The notes beneath the pieces were generated by a model. It ran no database searches and was not told the origin of the DNA. It saw only the letters and a program-made list of their open reading frames with translations. From sequence record PQ349265.1: 64,000 bases of DNA; one strand, 5' to 3'. Shown piece after piece: positions 10,983-19,710 of the stretch; position 1 is the first letter of the stretch; the number at the start of each line of letters is the position of its first letter. Source of the DNA: Escherichia phage CJY920. The translations under genes were made by a program, and so were the position numbers.

Positions 10983-11165
10983 ATGGATTTATTTGAGATG
11001 TTAGAAGATAATCATTCTACGAATATCCAGAATGATTCTAGTGATTATAAGAAAGAGTACCGTATAGTATTACAGAATTATGGAATTGAAGCCCCAGATG
11101 CTCTTCTAGAAGAACTAGCTTCATACCATCTTGACCCTCCGCCCTGGGCTCCCTGGGCAAAATAA
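10983..11165 (+). CDS. hypothetical protein, 60 aa
   Basis: ORF from table. Confidence 0.4.
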   Translation: MDLFEMLEDNHSTNIQNDSSDYKKEYRIVLQNYGIEAPDALLEELASYHLDPPPWAPWAK

Positions 11166-11176
11166 TTCAAAAAGTT

Positions 11177-11208
11177 GTTTACTTTTTCCTTTCTAACGAT
11201 GATATGAT
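11177..11208 (+). promoter_or_regulatory. early promoter
   Basis: gtttactttttcctttctaacgatgatatgat. Confidence 0.45.
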
Positions 11209-11234
11209 AGCTTCTGAAGTATATGGAGGCTATC

Positions 11235-11859
11235 ATGATTATTAATCCTGCAGATGTTGAACAGTTATCTATAAAAGCTGAAAGTGTCGATTTTCAATAT
11301 GATATGTATAAAAAGGTCTGTGAAAAATTTACTGACTTTGAACAGTTCAGTTCTTTGGCAATGTATGGAAGCCAAAAAGAATGAAGCTCTTCATCGGCAG
11401 TTGAATAAAATCATTAAAAAGCATTTAACTGAATCACCTTATCAGTTATATCGTGGTATATCAAAATCGACAAAAGAGCTCATTAAAGATTTACAAGTTG
11501 GAGAAGTGTTTTCAACGAACAGGGTAGATTCATTTACTACTAGTTTGCACACAGCGTGCGGTTTTTCTTATGTTGAGTATTTCACTGAAATAATATTTCG
11601 CTTAAAAACTGACAAAGCTTTTAATTATTCTGACCATATCAGCGATATTATACTTTCTTCTCCTAACACTGAGTTTAAGTATACATATGAAGATACTGAT
11701 GGATTAGATTCAGAACGTACTGATAACTTAATGATGATTGTGCGTGAACAAGAATGGATGATTCCAATTGGAAAGTATAAAATAACTTCTATTTCAAAAG
11801 AAAAATTACACGATTCATTTGGAACATTTAAAGTGTATGATATTGAGGTAGTTGAATGA
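11235..11859 (+). CDS. modB: ModB ADP-ribosyltransferase, reading frame interrupted by +1 frameshift near 11350-11357
   Basis: R (LYRG), S-x-S and E-x-E (EQEWMIP) ART motifs; N-terminal 41 codons are in a different frame and resemble ModA N-terminus. Confidence 0.6.
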
Positions 11860-12458
11860 AATATTCAGCAATGCAATTAAAAGATTTTAAAATCAAATCA
11901 ATGGATGCATCGGTGCGTGCTTCTATTCGTGAAGAATTACTTTCTGAAGGATTTAATTTATCCGAAATTGAACTTTTAATTCATTGTATTACTAATAAGC
12001 CAGACGATCATTCTTGGTTAAATGAAATAATCAAATCTCGTTTGGTTCCAAACGATAAACCTCTTTGGAGAGGTGTTCCAGTTGAGACTAAGCAAGTGTT
12101 AAATCAAGGAATTGATATTATTACATTTGATAAAGTAGTATCAGCTTCATATGATAAAAATATAGCTCTACATTTTGCTTCTGGATTAGAATACAATACA
12201 CAAGTTATTTTTGAATTCAAAGCTCCTATGGTATTTAATTTTCAGGAGTATGCTATAAAAGCTCTACGTTGTAAAGAATACAGTCCGAGTTTTAAGTTTC
12301 CAGATAGTCATCGCTATCGTAATATGGAATTAGTTTCAGATGAACAAGAAGTAATGATACCAGCTGGAAGTGTATTTAGAATTGCAGATAGATATGAGTA
12401 TAAAAAGTATTCAACATACACTATCTATACTCTTGATTTTGAAGGATTTAATCTATAA
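11856..12458 (+). CDS. modA: ModA ADP-ribosyltransferase, 200 aa
   Basis: ART motifs LWRG, SAS, EQEVMIP; paralog of adjacent modB; length as T4 ModA. Confidence 0.75.
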   Translation: MKYSAMQLKDFKIKSMDASVRASIREELLSEGFNLSEIELLIHCITNKPDDHSWLNEIIKSRLVPNDKPLWRGVPVETKQVLNQGIDIITFDKVVSASYDKNIALHFASGLEYNTQVIFEFKAPMVFNFQEYAIKALRCKEYSPSFKFPDSHRYRNMELVSDEQEVMIPAGSVFRIADRYEYKKYSTYTIYTLDFEGFNL

Positions 12459-12514
12459 TGGAAGGACTTAGATTCATTATACCATGAAAGTTTTAAAGCA
12501 TTTTTCATAAAGTT

Positions 12515-12546
12515 GTTTACAAGCTGAAGTAAAAATGTTATAGTAT
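12515..12546 (+). promoter_or_regulatory. early promoter
   Basis: gtttacaagctgaagtaaaaatgttatagtat. Confidence 0.45.
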
Positions 12547-12573
12547 AAGTAGTTAACCGTCCGTGAGAAAAAT

Positions 12574-13320
12574 ATGAAACTGTCTAAAAATCAAATTCGT
12601 AAAATTACACGTCGTCTAGAGCATACTCAGGCATCTGCCAAAAGACGTTCTAAAGATTTTAACTTAGACTTCAATTACATTAAGAACATTTTAGATCAGA
12701 AAGTTTGCGCTTACTCAGGAGAACCTTTTGATAATCGTATTGAAGGAGAGAAATTATCGTTAGAACGTTTTGATAATAACGTTGGATATATTAAAGGGAA
12801 TGTTATTGCAGTAAAGAAAAAGTATAATACATTTCGTTCTGATTATACTTTAGAAGAGTTGATTGAAAAGCGTGATTTATTTGCTTTGCGTATTGGTCGT
12901 TCATCTGCGAAAAAAGTTCATAAACTAAATTTAGATGAAAAGAAATGGGCTAAAATCAAAAAGACTTATAATCAAATTAAAGCTATACAGAAAAAACGTG
13001 AAAACCGAATTGAGCACATTTCTCAGCTTTCTAAGTCAAAACAAACATCTGACATTAAGCTAACGATTATAGCGCTTAAAGCTCGTATCGATGGTTCTCG
13101 TATAGCAGAAGGCGCTGAAGTTGTTAAATTGAACGTTCTTCTTAAAGGCTCGGATTGGAAAACTGTGAAAAAGTTGTCAGAAGCAGAAATGCAATATGAT
13201 ATGTGTGATAAAATTATTCAAGGTGTAGAGCGGTATCAAAACTTGTCTTTTATTGATAAACTTAAACTGAAAAGAGGATACCCGCTAAATTGTTCAATTT
13301 TTAAACTTATCCGAGGATAA
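12574..13320 (+). CDS. hypothetical basic protein, 248 aa (position of T4 srd)
   Basis: Synteny between modA and dda.1/dda; identity to Srd not verifiable. Confidence 0.45.
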   Translation: MKLSKNQIRKITRRLEHTQASAKRRSKDFNLDFNYIKNILDQKVCAYSGEPFDNRIEGEKLSLERFDNNVGYIKGNVIAVKKKYNTFRSDYTLEELIEKRDLFALRIGRSSAKKVHKLNLDEKKWAKIKKTYNQIKAIQKKRENRIEHISQLSKSKQTSDIKLTIIALKARIDGSRIAEGAEVVKLNVLLKGSDWKTVKKLSEAEMQYDMCDKIIQGVERYQNLSFIDKLKLKRGYPLNCSIFKLIRG

Positions 13321-13321
13321 T

Positions 13322-13633
13322 ATGTTTTATGTATATGCGATAGTGTATAGAGATAAAGATGGATTTGCGGTGCCTGTTCCTCTTGATGAACATCGCCCTG
13401 CTGTATTTTTTGAAAGGGAGATTGCTGATAAAGTATTTACTGCTCTTAAAGAGCAATATCAACTAGCTTTAGGTATGGGAATTCCGAGATTAGTTGAGAC
13501 TCCACGCAAGTTTTGGTTTAATAAAATAGAAGTTAAACATGTTAAGCCTGATGTAGACACACAAAGATTATATCGGCGAATTTTAGATACTGGGCGTATT
13601 GTTAGTATACCAATTGCAGGGAATTTACGATGA
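13322..13633 (+). CDS. hypothetical protein (dda.1 position)
   Basis: 103-aa ORF, stop overlaps dda start. Confidence 0.45.
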   Translation: MFYVYAIVYRDKDGFAVPVPLDEHRPAVFFEREIADKVFTALKEQYQLALGMGIPRLVETPRKFWFNKIEVKHVKPDVDTQRLYRRILDTGRIVSIPIAGNLR

Positions 13634-14949
13634 CATTTGATGATTTGACCGAAGGCCAGAAAAATGCCTTTAACATTGTTATGAGGGCTATTAAAGAAAA
13701 GAAACATCATGTAACTATTAATGGACCTGCCGGTACCGGTAAGACTACTCTTACTAAGTTCATCATTGAAGCCTTAATATCTACGGGCGAAACTGGCATT
13801 ATTTTAGCAGCTCCTACACATGCAGCTAAAAAGATTCTTTCAAAACTGTCAGGGAAAGAAGCGAGTACTATTCACAGTATTCTTAAAATTAACCCAGTAA
13901 CATACGAAGAAAACGTTCTTTTTGAGCAAAAAGAAGTACCGGATTTGGCTAAATGCAGAGTATTAATCTGCGACGAAGTGTCAATGTATGATAGAAAGCT
14001 ATTCAAAATTCTGCTTTCAACTATCCCGCCGTGGTGTACTATAATTGGAATAGGTGATAATAAGCAAATTAGACCCGTTGACCCAGGAGAAAACACTGCT
14101 TATATCAGTCCGTTCTTTACGCATAAAGATTTTTATCAGTGTGAACTCACTGAAGTTAAACGCAGTAATGCTCCTATTATTGATGTAGCTACTGATGTTC
14201 GTAACGGTAAGTGGATTTATGATAAAGTTGTTGACGGGCATGGAGTACGTGGATTTACTGGTGATACCGCTTTACGCGATTTTATGGTAAATTATTTTTC
14301 AATCGTCAAATCGCTAGATGATTTGTTTGAAAATCGTGTAATGGCATTTACGAATAAATCTGTTGATAAGTTAAATAGCATTATTCGTAAAAAGATTTTT
14401 GAAACTGATAAAGATTTTATCGTTGGTGAAATTATTGTAATGCAGGAACCATTAATTAAAACATATAAAATTGATGGAAAGCCTGTGTCAGAAATTATTT
14501 TTAATAACGGACAATTAGTTCGTATTATAGAAGCAGAGTATACATCAACATTTGTTAAAGCTCGTGGCGTTCCTGGAGAATATCTAATTCGTCATTGGAA
14601 TTTAACAGTAGAAACTTACGGCGATGATGAATATTATCGTGAAAAGATTAAAATAATTTCATCTGATGAAGAGCTGTATAAGTTTAACTTATTTTTAGGT
14701 AAAACTGCAGAAACTTATAAAAATTGGAATAAAGGCGGAAAAGCTCCATGGAGTGATTTTTGGGATGCTAAATCACAATTTAGTAAAGTGAAAGCACTTC
14801 CTGCATCAACATTCCATAAAGCTCAGGGCATGTCTGTAGATCGTGCTTTCATTTATACACCTTGCATTCATTATGCAGATGCTGAACTAGCTCAGCAGCT
14901 TCTTTATGTTGGTGTAACACGTGGTCGTTATGATGTGTTTTACGTATGA
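13630..14949 (+). CDS. dda: Dda SF1B DNA helicase, 439 aa
   Basis: Walker A GPAGTGKT, SF1 motifs, length as T4 Dda. Confidence 0.93.
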   Translation: MTFDDLTEGQKNAFNIVMRAIKEKKHHVTINGPAGTGKTTLTKFIIEALISTGETGIILAAPTHAAKKILSKLSGKEASTIHSILKINPVTYEENVLFEQKEVPDLAKCRVLICDEVSMYDRKLFKILLSTIPPWCTIIGIGDNKQIRPVDPGENTAYISPFFTHKDFYQCELTEVKRSNAPIIDVATDVRNGKWIYDKVVDGHGVRGFTGDTALRDFMVNYFSIVKSLDDLFENRVMAFTNKSVDKLNSIIRKKIFETDKDFIVGEIIVMQEPLIKTYKIDGKPVSEIIFNNGQLVRIIEAEYTSTFVKARGVPGEYLIRHWNLTVETYGDDEYYREKIKIISSDEELYKFNLFLGKTAETYKNWNKGGKAPWSDFWDAKSQFSKVKALPASTFHKAQGMSVDRAFIYTPCIHYADAELAQQLLYVGVTRGRYDVFYV

Positions 14950-14970
14950 TTAAATTCGAGGAAGCTATTC

Positions 14971-15216
14971 GTGGAAATAACTAAAGATCAGTTTTATCTG
15001 CTCCAAGATAAAGTGAGCGAAATTTATGAAATAGCTTATAGTAAAAATCGCAAAAACGTGAAAATTGAATCGGGAAAGTTAATGCTTCAATTGGAAGAAA
15101 TTGAACGAGATTTGATTGCGTTAGAATTCTTTTGCGGTGAAGTGAAAACTGTTACAATCAGTGATTATGTTTTAGGTGAAATTAGCCATCTTTATAAGGC
15201 GGTTATTAATGATTGA
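14971..15216 (+). CDS. hypothetical protein
   Basis: 81-aa ORF; paralogous to next ORF. Confidence 0.4.
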   Translation: MEITKDQFYLLQDKVSEIYEIAYSKNRKNVKIESGKLMLQLEEIERDLIALEFFCGEVKTVTISDYVLGEISHLYKAVIND

Positions 15217-15451
15217 ATTAAGTTTGCACCAGTTTAAATCTCTTATGGCAAGTGTTAAAGCTGTCATTCAAGAAAATCCAGGACCTGATAATGTTACTAT
15301 TCGCGAAAAAGCTTTAAAGATAGTATACAGTCTTGAAGAGATACAAAAAGATATTGAATCTATGGCAAAATTTATTGATGAGCCCATTAATAAAGTTTAT
15401 ATCCAAGATTATACTGTAGGTCAAATTCGCGATTTAGCGAGGAAAATTTAA
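15209..15451 (+). CDS. hypothetical protein (paralog of 14971..15216)
   Basis: Shared motif LEEI(E/Q)(R/K)D...DY(V/T)(L/V)G(E/Q)I. Confidence 0.4.
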   Translation: MIELSLHQFKSLMASVKAVIQENPGPDNVTIREKALKIVYSLEEIQKDIESMAKFIDEPINKVYIQDYTVGQIRDLARKI

Positions 15452-16134
15452 TGTTTGATTTTATTATAGATTTTGAAACAATGGGAAGCGGTGAAAAGGC
15501 AGCTGTTATTGATTTGGCTGTTATTGCCTTTGACCCTAATCCAGAAGTAGTTGAAACATTTGATGAATTAGTTTCGCGCGGCATTAAAATCAAATTTGAT
15601 TTAAAAAGCCAAAAAGGACACCGTCTTTTTACTAAAAGCACTATCGAATGGTGGAAAAATCAGTCTCCTGAAGCTCGAAAAAATATTGCACCATCAGATG
15701 AAGATGTAAGCACCATCGATGGTATTGCAAAATTTAATGATTACATCAATGCGCATAATATCGATCCTTGGAAATCTCAGGGCTGGTGCCGTGGAATGTC
15801 GTTTGATTTTCCAATTTTAGTCGATCTCATTCGCGATATTCAACGTCTTAATGGCGTTTCTGAGAATGAACTTGACACGTTTAAGTTAGAACCATGTAAA
15901 TTCTGGAATCAGCGTGATATTCGTACCAGAATTGAAGCACTTCTGCTTGTTCGTGATATGACCACATGTCCTCTTCCAAAGGGAACTTTAGATGGGTTCG
16001 TTGCACATGATTCTATTCATGACTGTGCGAAAGACATCCTGATGATGAAGTATGCTTTGCGATATGCTATGGGTCTTGAAGATGCTCCGTCAGAGGAAGA
16101 GTGCGATCCTCTGTCTCTTCCAACAAAACGATAA
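15451..16134 (+). CDS. dexA: DexA exonuclease A (DnaQ/DEDD-like), 227 aa
   Basis: N-terminal DFET exonuclease motif; length as T4 DexA. Confidence 0.85.
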   Translation: MFDFIIDFETMGSGEKAAVIDLAVIAFDPNPEVVETFDELVSRGIKIKFDLKSQKGHRLFTKSTIEWWKNQSPEARKNIAPSDEDVSTIDGIAKFNDYINAHNIDPWKSQGWCRGMSFDFPILVDLIRDIQRLNGVSENELDTFKLEPCKFWNQRDIRTRIEALLLVRDMTTCPLPKGTLDGFVAHDSIHDCAKDILMMKYALRYAMGLEDAPSEEECDPLSLPTKR

Positions 16135-16140
16135 AAAGTT

Positions 16141-16172
16141 GTTTACTTCCTCGGTTAGTTGTGGTATTATAA
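16141..16172 (+). promoter_or_regulatory. early promoter
   Basis: gtttacttcctcggttagttgtggtattataa. Confidence 0.5.
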
Positions 16173-16197
16173 CACCATAGCTACTGAGGATAATAAA

Positions 16198-16698
16198 ATG
16201 AAAATTTATCGTGTTGAATCATCTTTTAGTATTCTTAATTATGAAGATGCTATAACAATACGTCGAAATCTTTGTGTTCAAATAACGCCGTACAGGAGTA
16301 TAATAGATTCATGGAGCGAAGAGTGGCTATTACACGTAGGTTATGACAGACCTAATTTTATGCATCATAGCGATAATAATAAAAGAATTCCTTTACCACA
16401 CGAAGATAAACTATTAGTTAAAAACGCTAATATAGTAATTAATACTAAGTTCAAGAAAGATTATGTTGGAGTAGAATATCATATTCCAGGATGGTTTATA
16501 GCTCTTTATCATTTTGCTTTCGCTAGTGAATATGATATGATGAGATGGTTCACACGAGAAGAGCGGGAAGAATTATCTTCCAAAGGATTTTATCTCGCTG
16601 TATACGAAGTTCCTGAAGATGAAGTTATCATTGGCGGGCACCAAGTAATGTTCCGCAAATCGCATGCTGAACTCATAAATTTTATTGAAATGAGATAA
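16198..16698 (+). CDS. hypothetical protein, 166 aa
   Basis: ATG with SD GAGGA downstream of promoter. Confidence 0.5.
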   Translation: MKIYRVESSFSILNYEDAITIRRNLCVQITPYRSIIDSWSEEWLLHVGYDRPNFMHHSDNNKRIPLPHEDKLLVKNANIVINTKFKKDYVGVEYHIPGWFIALYHFAFASEYDMMRWFTREEREELSSKGFYLAVYEVPEDEVIIGGHQVMFRKSHAELINFIEMR

Positions 16699-16700
16699 TT

Positions 16701-17243
16701 ATGAAATTTAATTATAATCCTGAATACACACCAAATCCGGTAGCTAAACTGATTGATTTTGATGTTGTAAGCACTTATGTATGCCCTGTTAAACCACTGG
16801 AAATTAAGGAACCTACTATGACTACCGCTATTGAAATCGGCAAAACCTACAAACTGGTTGAACCTGAAATTAAAACTAATGCCTTGATTTCCGGCCATAA
16901 AACTCTGACTGTTGTTTTTGGCGAAGGCGAATTTACTGTTGAAGACTTTGAAAAAAGTAAATGGTTTACTAAATCTTATATTGTGCACGGTCGTCGTTTA
17001 GACAATAACAAAATAGAGAAAATCCTGGTTTATGAAGCAGAGTTCATCCTGTTCCAAGAAGTTGAAGAACAAGACCCTACAGACCTTCTAACTCGTGCGG
17101 TAGCTATCAAGACTCCATTTATTTCAGTCTGTGGTTGGGTAACAGACCAGTGGATTGAAGATGGTGTTGAACTTCTGAACGTTGTTCATGCAGGTGATTT
17201 TAGTGTAGTACCTCGTAGTGCGGTGGTAGCTATTTTGAATTAA
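16701..17243 (+). CDS. hypothetical protein, paralog of MotB C-terminal domain
   Basis: C-terminal CGWVTDQWIEDGVELLNVV shared with next gene. Confidence 0.5.
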   Translation: MKFNYNPEYTPNPVAKLIDFDVVSTYVCPVKPLEIKEPTMTTAIEIGKTYKLVEPEIKTNALISGHKTLTVVFGEGEFTVEDFEKSKWFTKSYIVHGRRLDNNKIEKILVYEAEFILFQEVEEQDPTDLLTRAVAIKTPFISVCGWVTDQWIEDGVELLNVVHAGDFSVVPRSAVVAILN

Positions 17244-17245
17244 TA

Positions 17246-17275
17246 GTTTACAAACTCTTGGGACCAGAGTATAAT
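17246..17275 (+). promoter_or_regulatory. early promoter
   Basis: gtttacaaactcttgggaccagagtataat. Confidence 0.5.
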
Positions 17276-17319
17276 GGTCCTGTGGAGTATAAAATCTTTT
17301 TAACAAGTGAGAGATAACT

Positions 17320-17808
17320 ATGATTATTAATATTGGTGAAATTGCTCGTGTATCTGATAAATCCCGTTCTAAAGCAGCAGGAAAATTGGTTGAAATTGTA
17401 AGCATTCAGCTTAAACATGGCGTTAAAGATGAAGATTCTGAAGTAAAAGTGCGTATCATTCCTAAAGATGGAAAGTCTAAACCTCAGTTTGGCTATGTTC
17501 GTGCGAAATTTCTTGAATCTGCGTTTTTGAAAGCTGTTCCTGCTAAAGGAATTGAGACGATTGATACTTCGCATGTAGGTGTAGACTTTAAGTGGAAACT
17601 CGGTCAATCTATTAAGTTCATTGCTCCTTGCGAATTTAAATTCATTCCAGATGATGGAAAGGCTGTTTATACTCGTGCTATGTGTGGATACATTACCGAT
17701 CAATGGGTAGAAGATGGTGTTAAGTTGTACAACGTGGTATTTTTAGGAACATACAAAGTCATTCCTGAAAGTTGGATTAAACACTATAGAAATGCGCTCT
17801 ATGCATAA
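17320..17808 (+). CDS. motB: MotB-like protein, 162 aa
   Basis: Length and position as T4 MotB; sequence not verifiable. Confidence 0.5.
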   Translation: MIINIGEIARVSDKSRSKAAGKLVEIVSIQLKHGVKDEDSEVKVRIIPKDGKSKPQFGYVRAKFLESAFLKAVPAKGIETIDTSHVGVDFKWKLGQSIKFIAPCEFKFIPDDGKAVYTRAMCGYITDQWVEDGVKLYNVVFLGTYKVIPESWIKHYRNALYA

Positions 17809-17906
17809 AGTTTAAAATTTTTTTCATAAAACTATATACATCAGTAGTTGATTATGGTACTATATCAATATCAACTACTGATACAGAAAACAATTTGGAG
17901 AATAAA

Positions 17907-18176
17907 ATGGAAAACTTAATTATCATCGAACAATCTTTCAACGATTATGGTATGGCTTACGGTTATCGTGCGATAATGGAAGATTCTCGTGGATGTGTTA
18001 TCGATATTGCTGAATGTAAAGATTTACTGCAGCTTTTGAAGATTGTTCGTAAAAATTGGGATTGTGAAAACATTAAAGTTCGTGTTGTAACGGAAGAAGA
18101 AACTGTTTTTCATGATGTAAAATTTGCCAAAGGTGCTGCTACTCTTCTGAAACGCATCGCTCCACTGTTCAATTAA
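17907..18176 (+). CDS. hypothetical protein
   Basis: ATG with GGAGAA SD. Confidence 0.4.
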   Translation: MENLIIIEQSFNDYGMAYGYRAIMEDSRGCVIDIAECKDLLQLLKIVRKNWDCENIKVRVVTEEETVFHDVKFAKGAATLLKRIAPLFN

Positions 18177-18189
18177 TGAGGAAATTGTA

Positions 18190-18405
18190 ATGAAACGTAA
18201 AACTGTTCAGAAATGCACTAATGACGAATTTGAAGATGTATTATTCGATCCAGATTTGGTAGTGGTTCAAAAGGAACACACCATTAAGTTTACTCACTTG
18301 ACTTCGGTTTATGTTTATGAAAAGGTTGGTGATAAACAGCCAATTTACGGCGTATTTCGTGAAATTACTGAAGATGGCACAACTTACTGGAAGGAAATTT
18401 ATTAA
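18190..18405 (+). CDS. hypothetical protein, 71 aa
   Basis: ORF from table. Confidence 0.4.
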   Translation: MKRKTVQKCTNDEFEDVLFDPDLVVVQKEHTIKFTHLTSVYVYEKVGDKQPIYGVFREITEDGTTYWKEIY

Positions 18406-18824
18406 TGGCTATTAGATTTGAAGTTAATAAATGGTATCAATTTAAAAATAAACAAGCTCAAGAAAATTTTATTAAAGACCATATTAATAACGGAATTTAT
18501 GCGCGCCGTTTAGGTATGTATCCTTTTAAAATTTTAGATGTGGACGCTCTTGGGCGTCCTATTAAAATTTTGTCATCTACTGGAAATTTAGTACTATCTC
18601 CTGATAAAGATGTTTTGGATGAAGACTTTATTTGGCTTTCAAAAAGTGAAGCTGGGTTCTTTGATGAAGTTGAAAATCCATACCAGGCAGCTGAAGAACA
18701 AGAGCAGGAAGAGCAAGAACAAATAGAAGATTTCACAGAATTCCCGGTAATGAAAGTTACTATTGAAAATAATGAACAGGCATGGTCCTTGTATCAGATG
18801 TTGAAAGCACACTTTAAGGAATAA
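18405..18824 (+). CDS. hypothetical protein with acidic [10 protein letters not shown]-terminal stretch
   Basis: 139-aa ORF. Confidence 0.45.
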   Translation: MAIRFEVNKWYQFKNKQAQENFIKDHINNGIYARRLGMYPFKILDVDALGRPIKILSSTGNLVLSPDKDVLDEDFIWLSKSEAGFFDEVENPYQAAEEQEQEEQEQIEDFTEFPVMKVTIENNEQAWSLYQMLKAHFKE

Positions 18825-18826
18825 TT

Positions 18827-19003
18827 ATGCCAATGTATGATTATAAATGCCAATCCGAAGATTGCGGGCATGAATATGAAAAAATTAAAAAGATTTCTGA
18901 ACGAGAAAATGATGTTTGCCCTAAATGTCATCGTTTGTCTACTCGTCGGCCTTCTGCTCCTAAGCATGTGAATGGTGGATTTTACGACTTACTTAAAGAG
19001 TGA
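18827..19003 (+). CDS. small zinc-ribbon protein (CxxC...CxxC, FmdB-like), 58 aa
   Basis: YKCQSEDCGHEYE...CPKCH motif; not in ORF table (<60 aa). Confidence 0.45.
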   Translation: MPMYDYKCQSEDCGHEYEKIKKISERENDVCPKCHRLSTRRPSAPKHVNGGFYDLLKE

Positions 19004-19377
19004 TTATGTTTAAAATCGGTAAGAAATATCGTGTTCGCGAAGGTGAAGAAAAGAAATATCTACTTTCTTCTATTTATAGGAATGGTTCTATTAATGCCGT
19101 AATATCTACAAGTGAATTTATCGTTGAAGATATGAAAGGTAATAATGTTACAATGATTAGTACATCATCTGGAAATGATGGAAAAATTCTTCACAGTTTT
19201 CAGAGTAATGTTCTAATTTATGATGAAGAATTTGACTTCTTCGAAGAAGTTACAGAAGATTTTGATTTTGAATGCACTATCACTATGAAATCTGGTGACC
19301 CTCTTTCTTTTACAGTTAAAGATGAAAGAAGTCGCTTGAGAATTATTAGTCTCCTTCAAGCCATTAAATTTGAGTGA
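19000..19377 (+). CDS. hypothetical protein, 125 aa
   Basis: ORF from table. Confidence 0.45.
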   Translation: MIMFKIGKKYRVREGEEKKYLLSSIYRNGSINAVISTSEFIVEDMKGNNVTMISTSSGNDGKILHSFQSNVLIYDEEFDFFEEVTEDFDFECTITMKSGDPLSFTVKDERSRLRIISLLQAIKFE

Positions 19378-19381
19378 AATT

Positions 19382-19644
19382 ATGAAATATGTTAATCGTT
19401 CTATCGCGGCATTAGTATTAGCAGTATATCTTTAGTAGGATGTACTGATGCTGATAATGCAACCAAAGTTTTGTCTTCAAGCGGGTTTACTAATATTGAA
19501 ATCACTGGATACAATTGGTTTGGTTGCTCTGAAAATGATTTCCAACACACTGGATTTCGTGCTATTGGACCTACCGGGCAGAAAGTAGAAGGAACAGTAT
19601 GTTCTGGGCTGTTCTTTAAGGATTCAACTATTCGTTTTAAATAA
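19382..19644 (+). pseudogene. lipoprotein gene interrupted by a frameshift (signal peptide in one frame, lipobox and mature part in -1 frame)
   Basis: MKYVNRSIAALVLAVYL* (19382..19435) then -1 frame ...ISLVGCTDADNATKV... to 19644. Confidence 0.5.
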
Positions 19645-19668
19645 AAGGCCTTCGGGCCTTTAGCTTTA
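19645..19668 (+). terminator. rho-independent terminator-like hairpin
   Basis: aaggccttcgggcctt (UUCG loop) followed by T-rich tract. Confidence 0.5.
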
Positions 19669-19710
19669 TGATTACCGGAGTATAATATTCCCGAAACCAA
19701 ACGAGGATAA

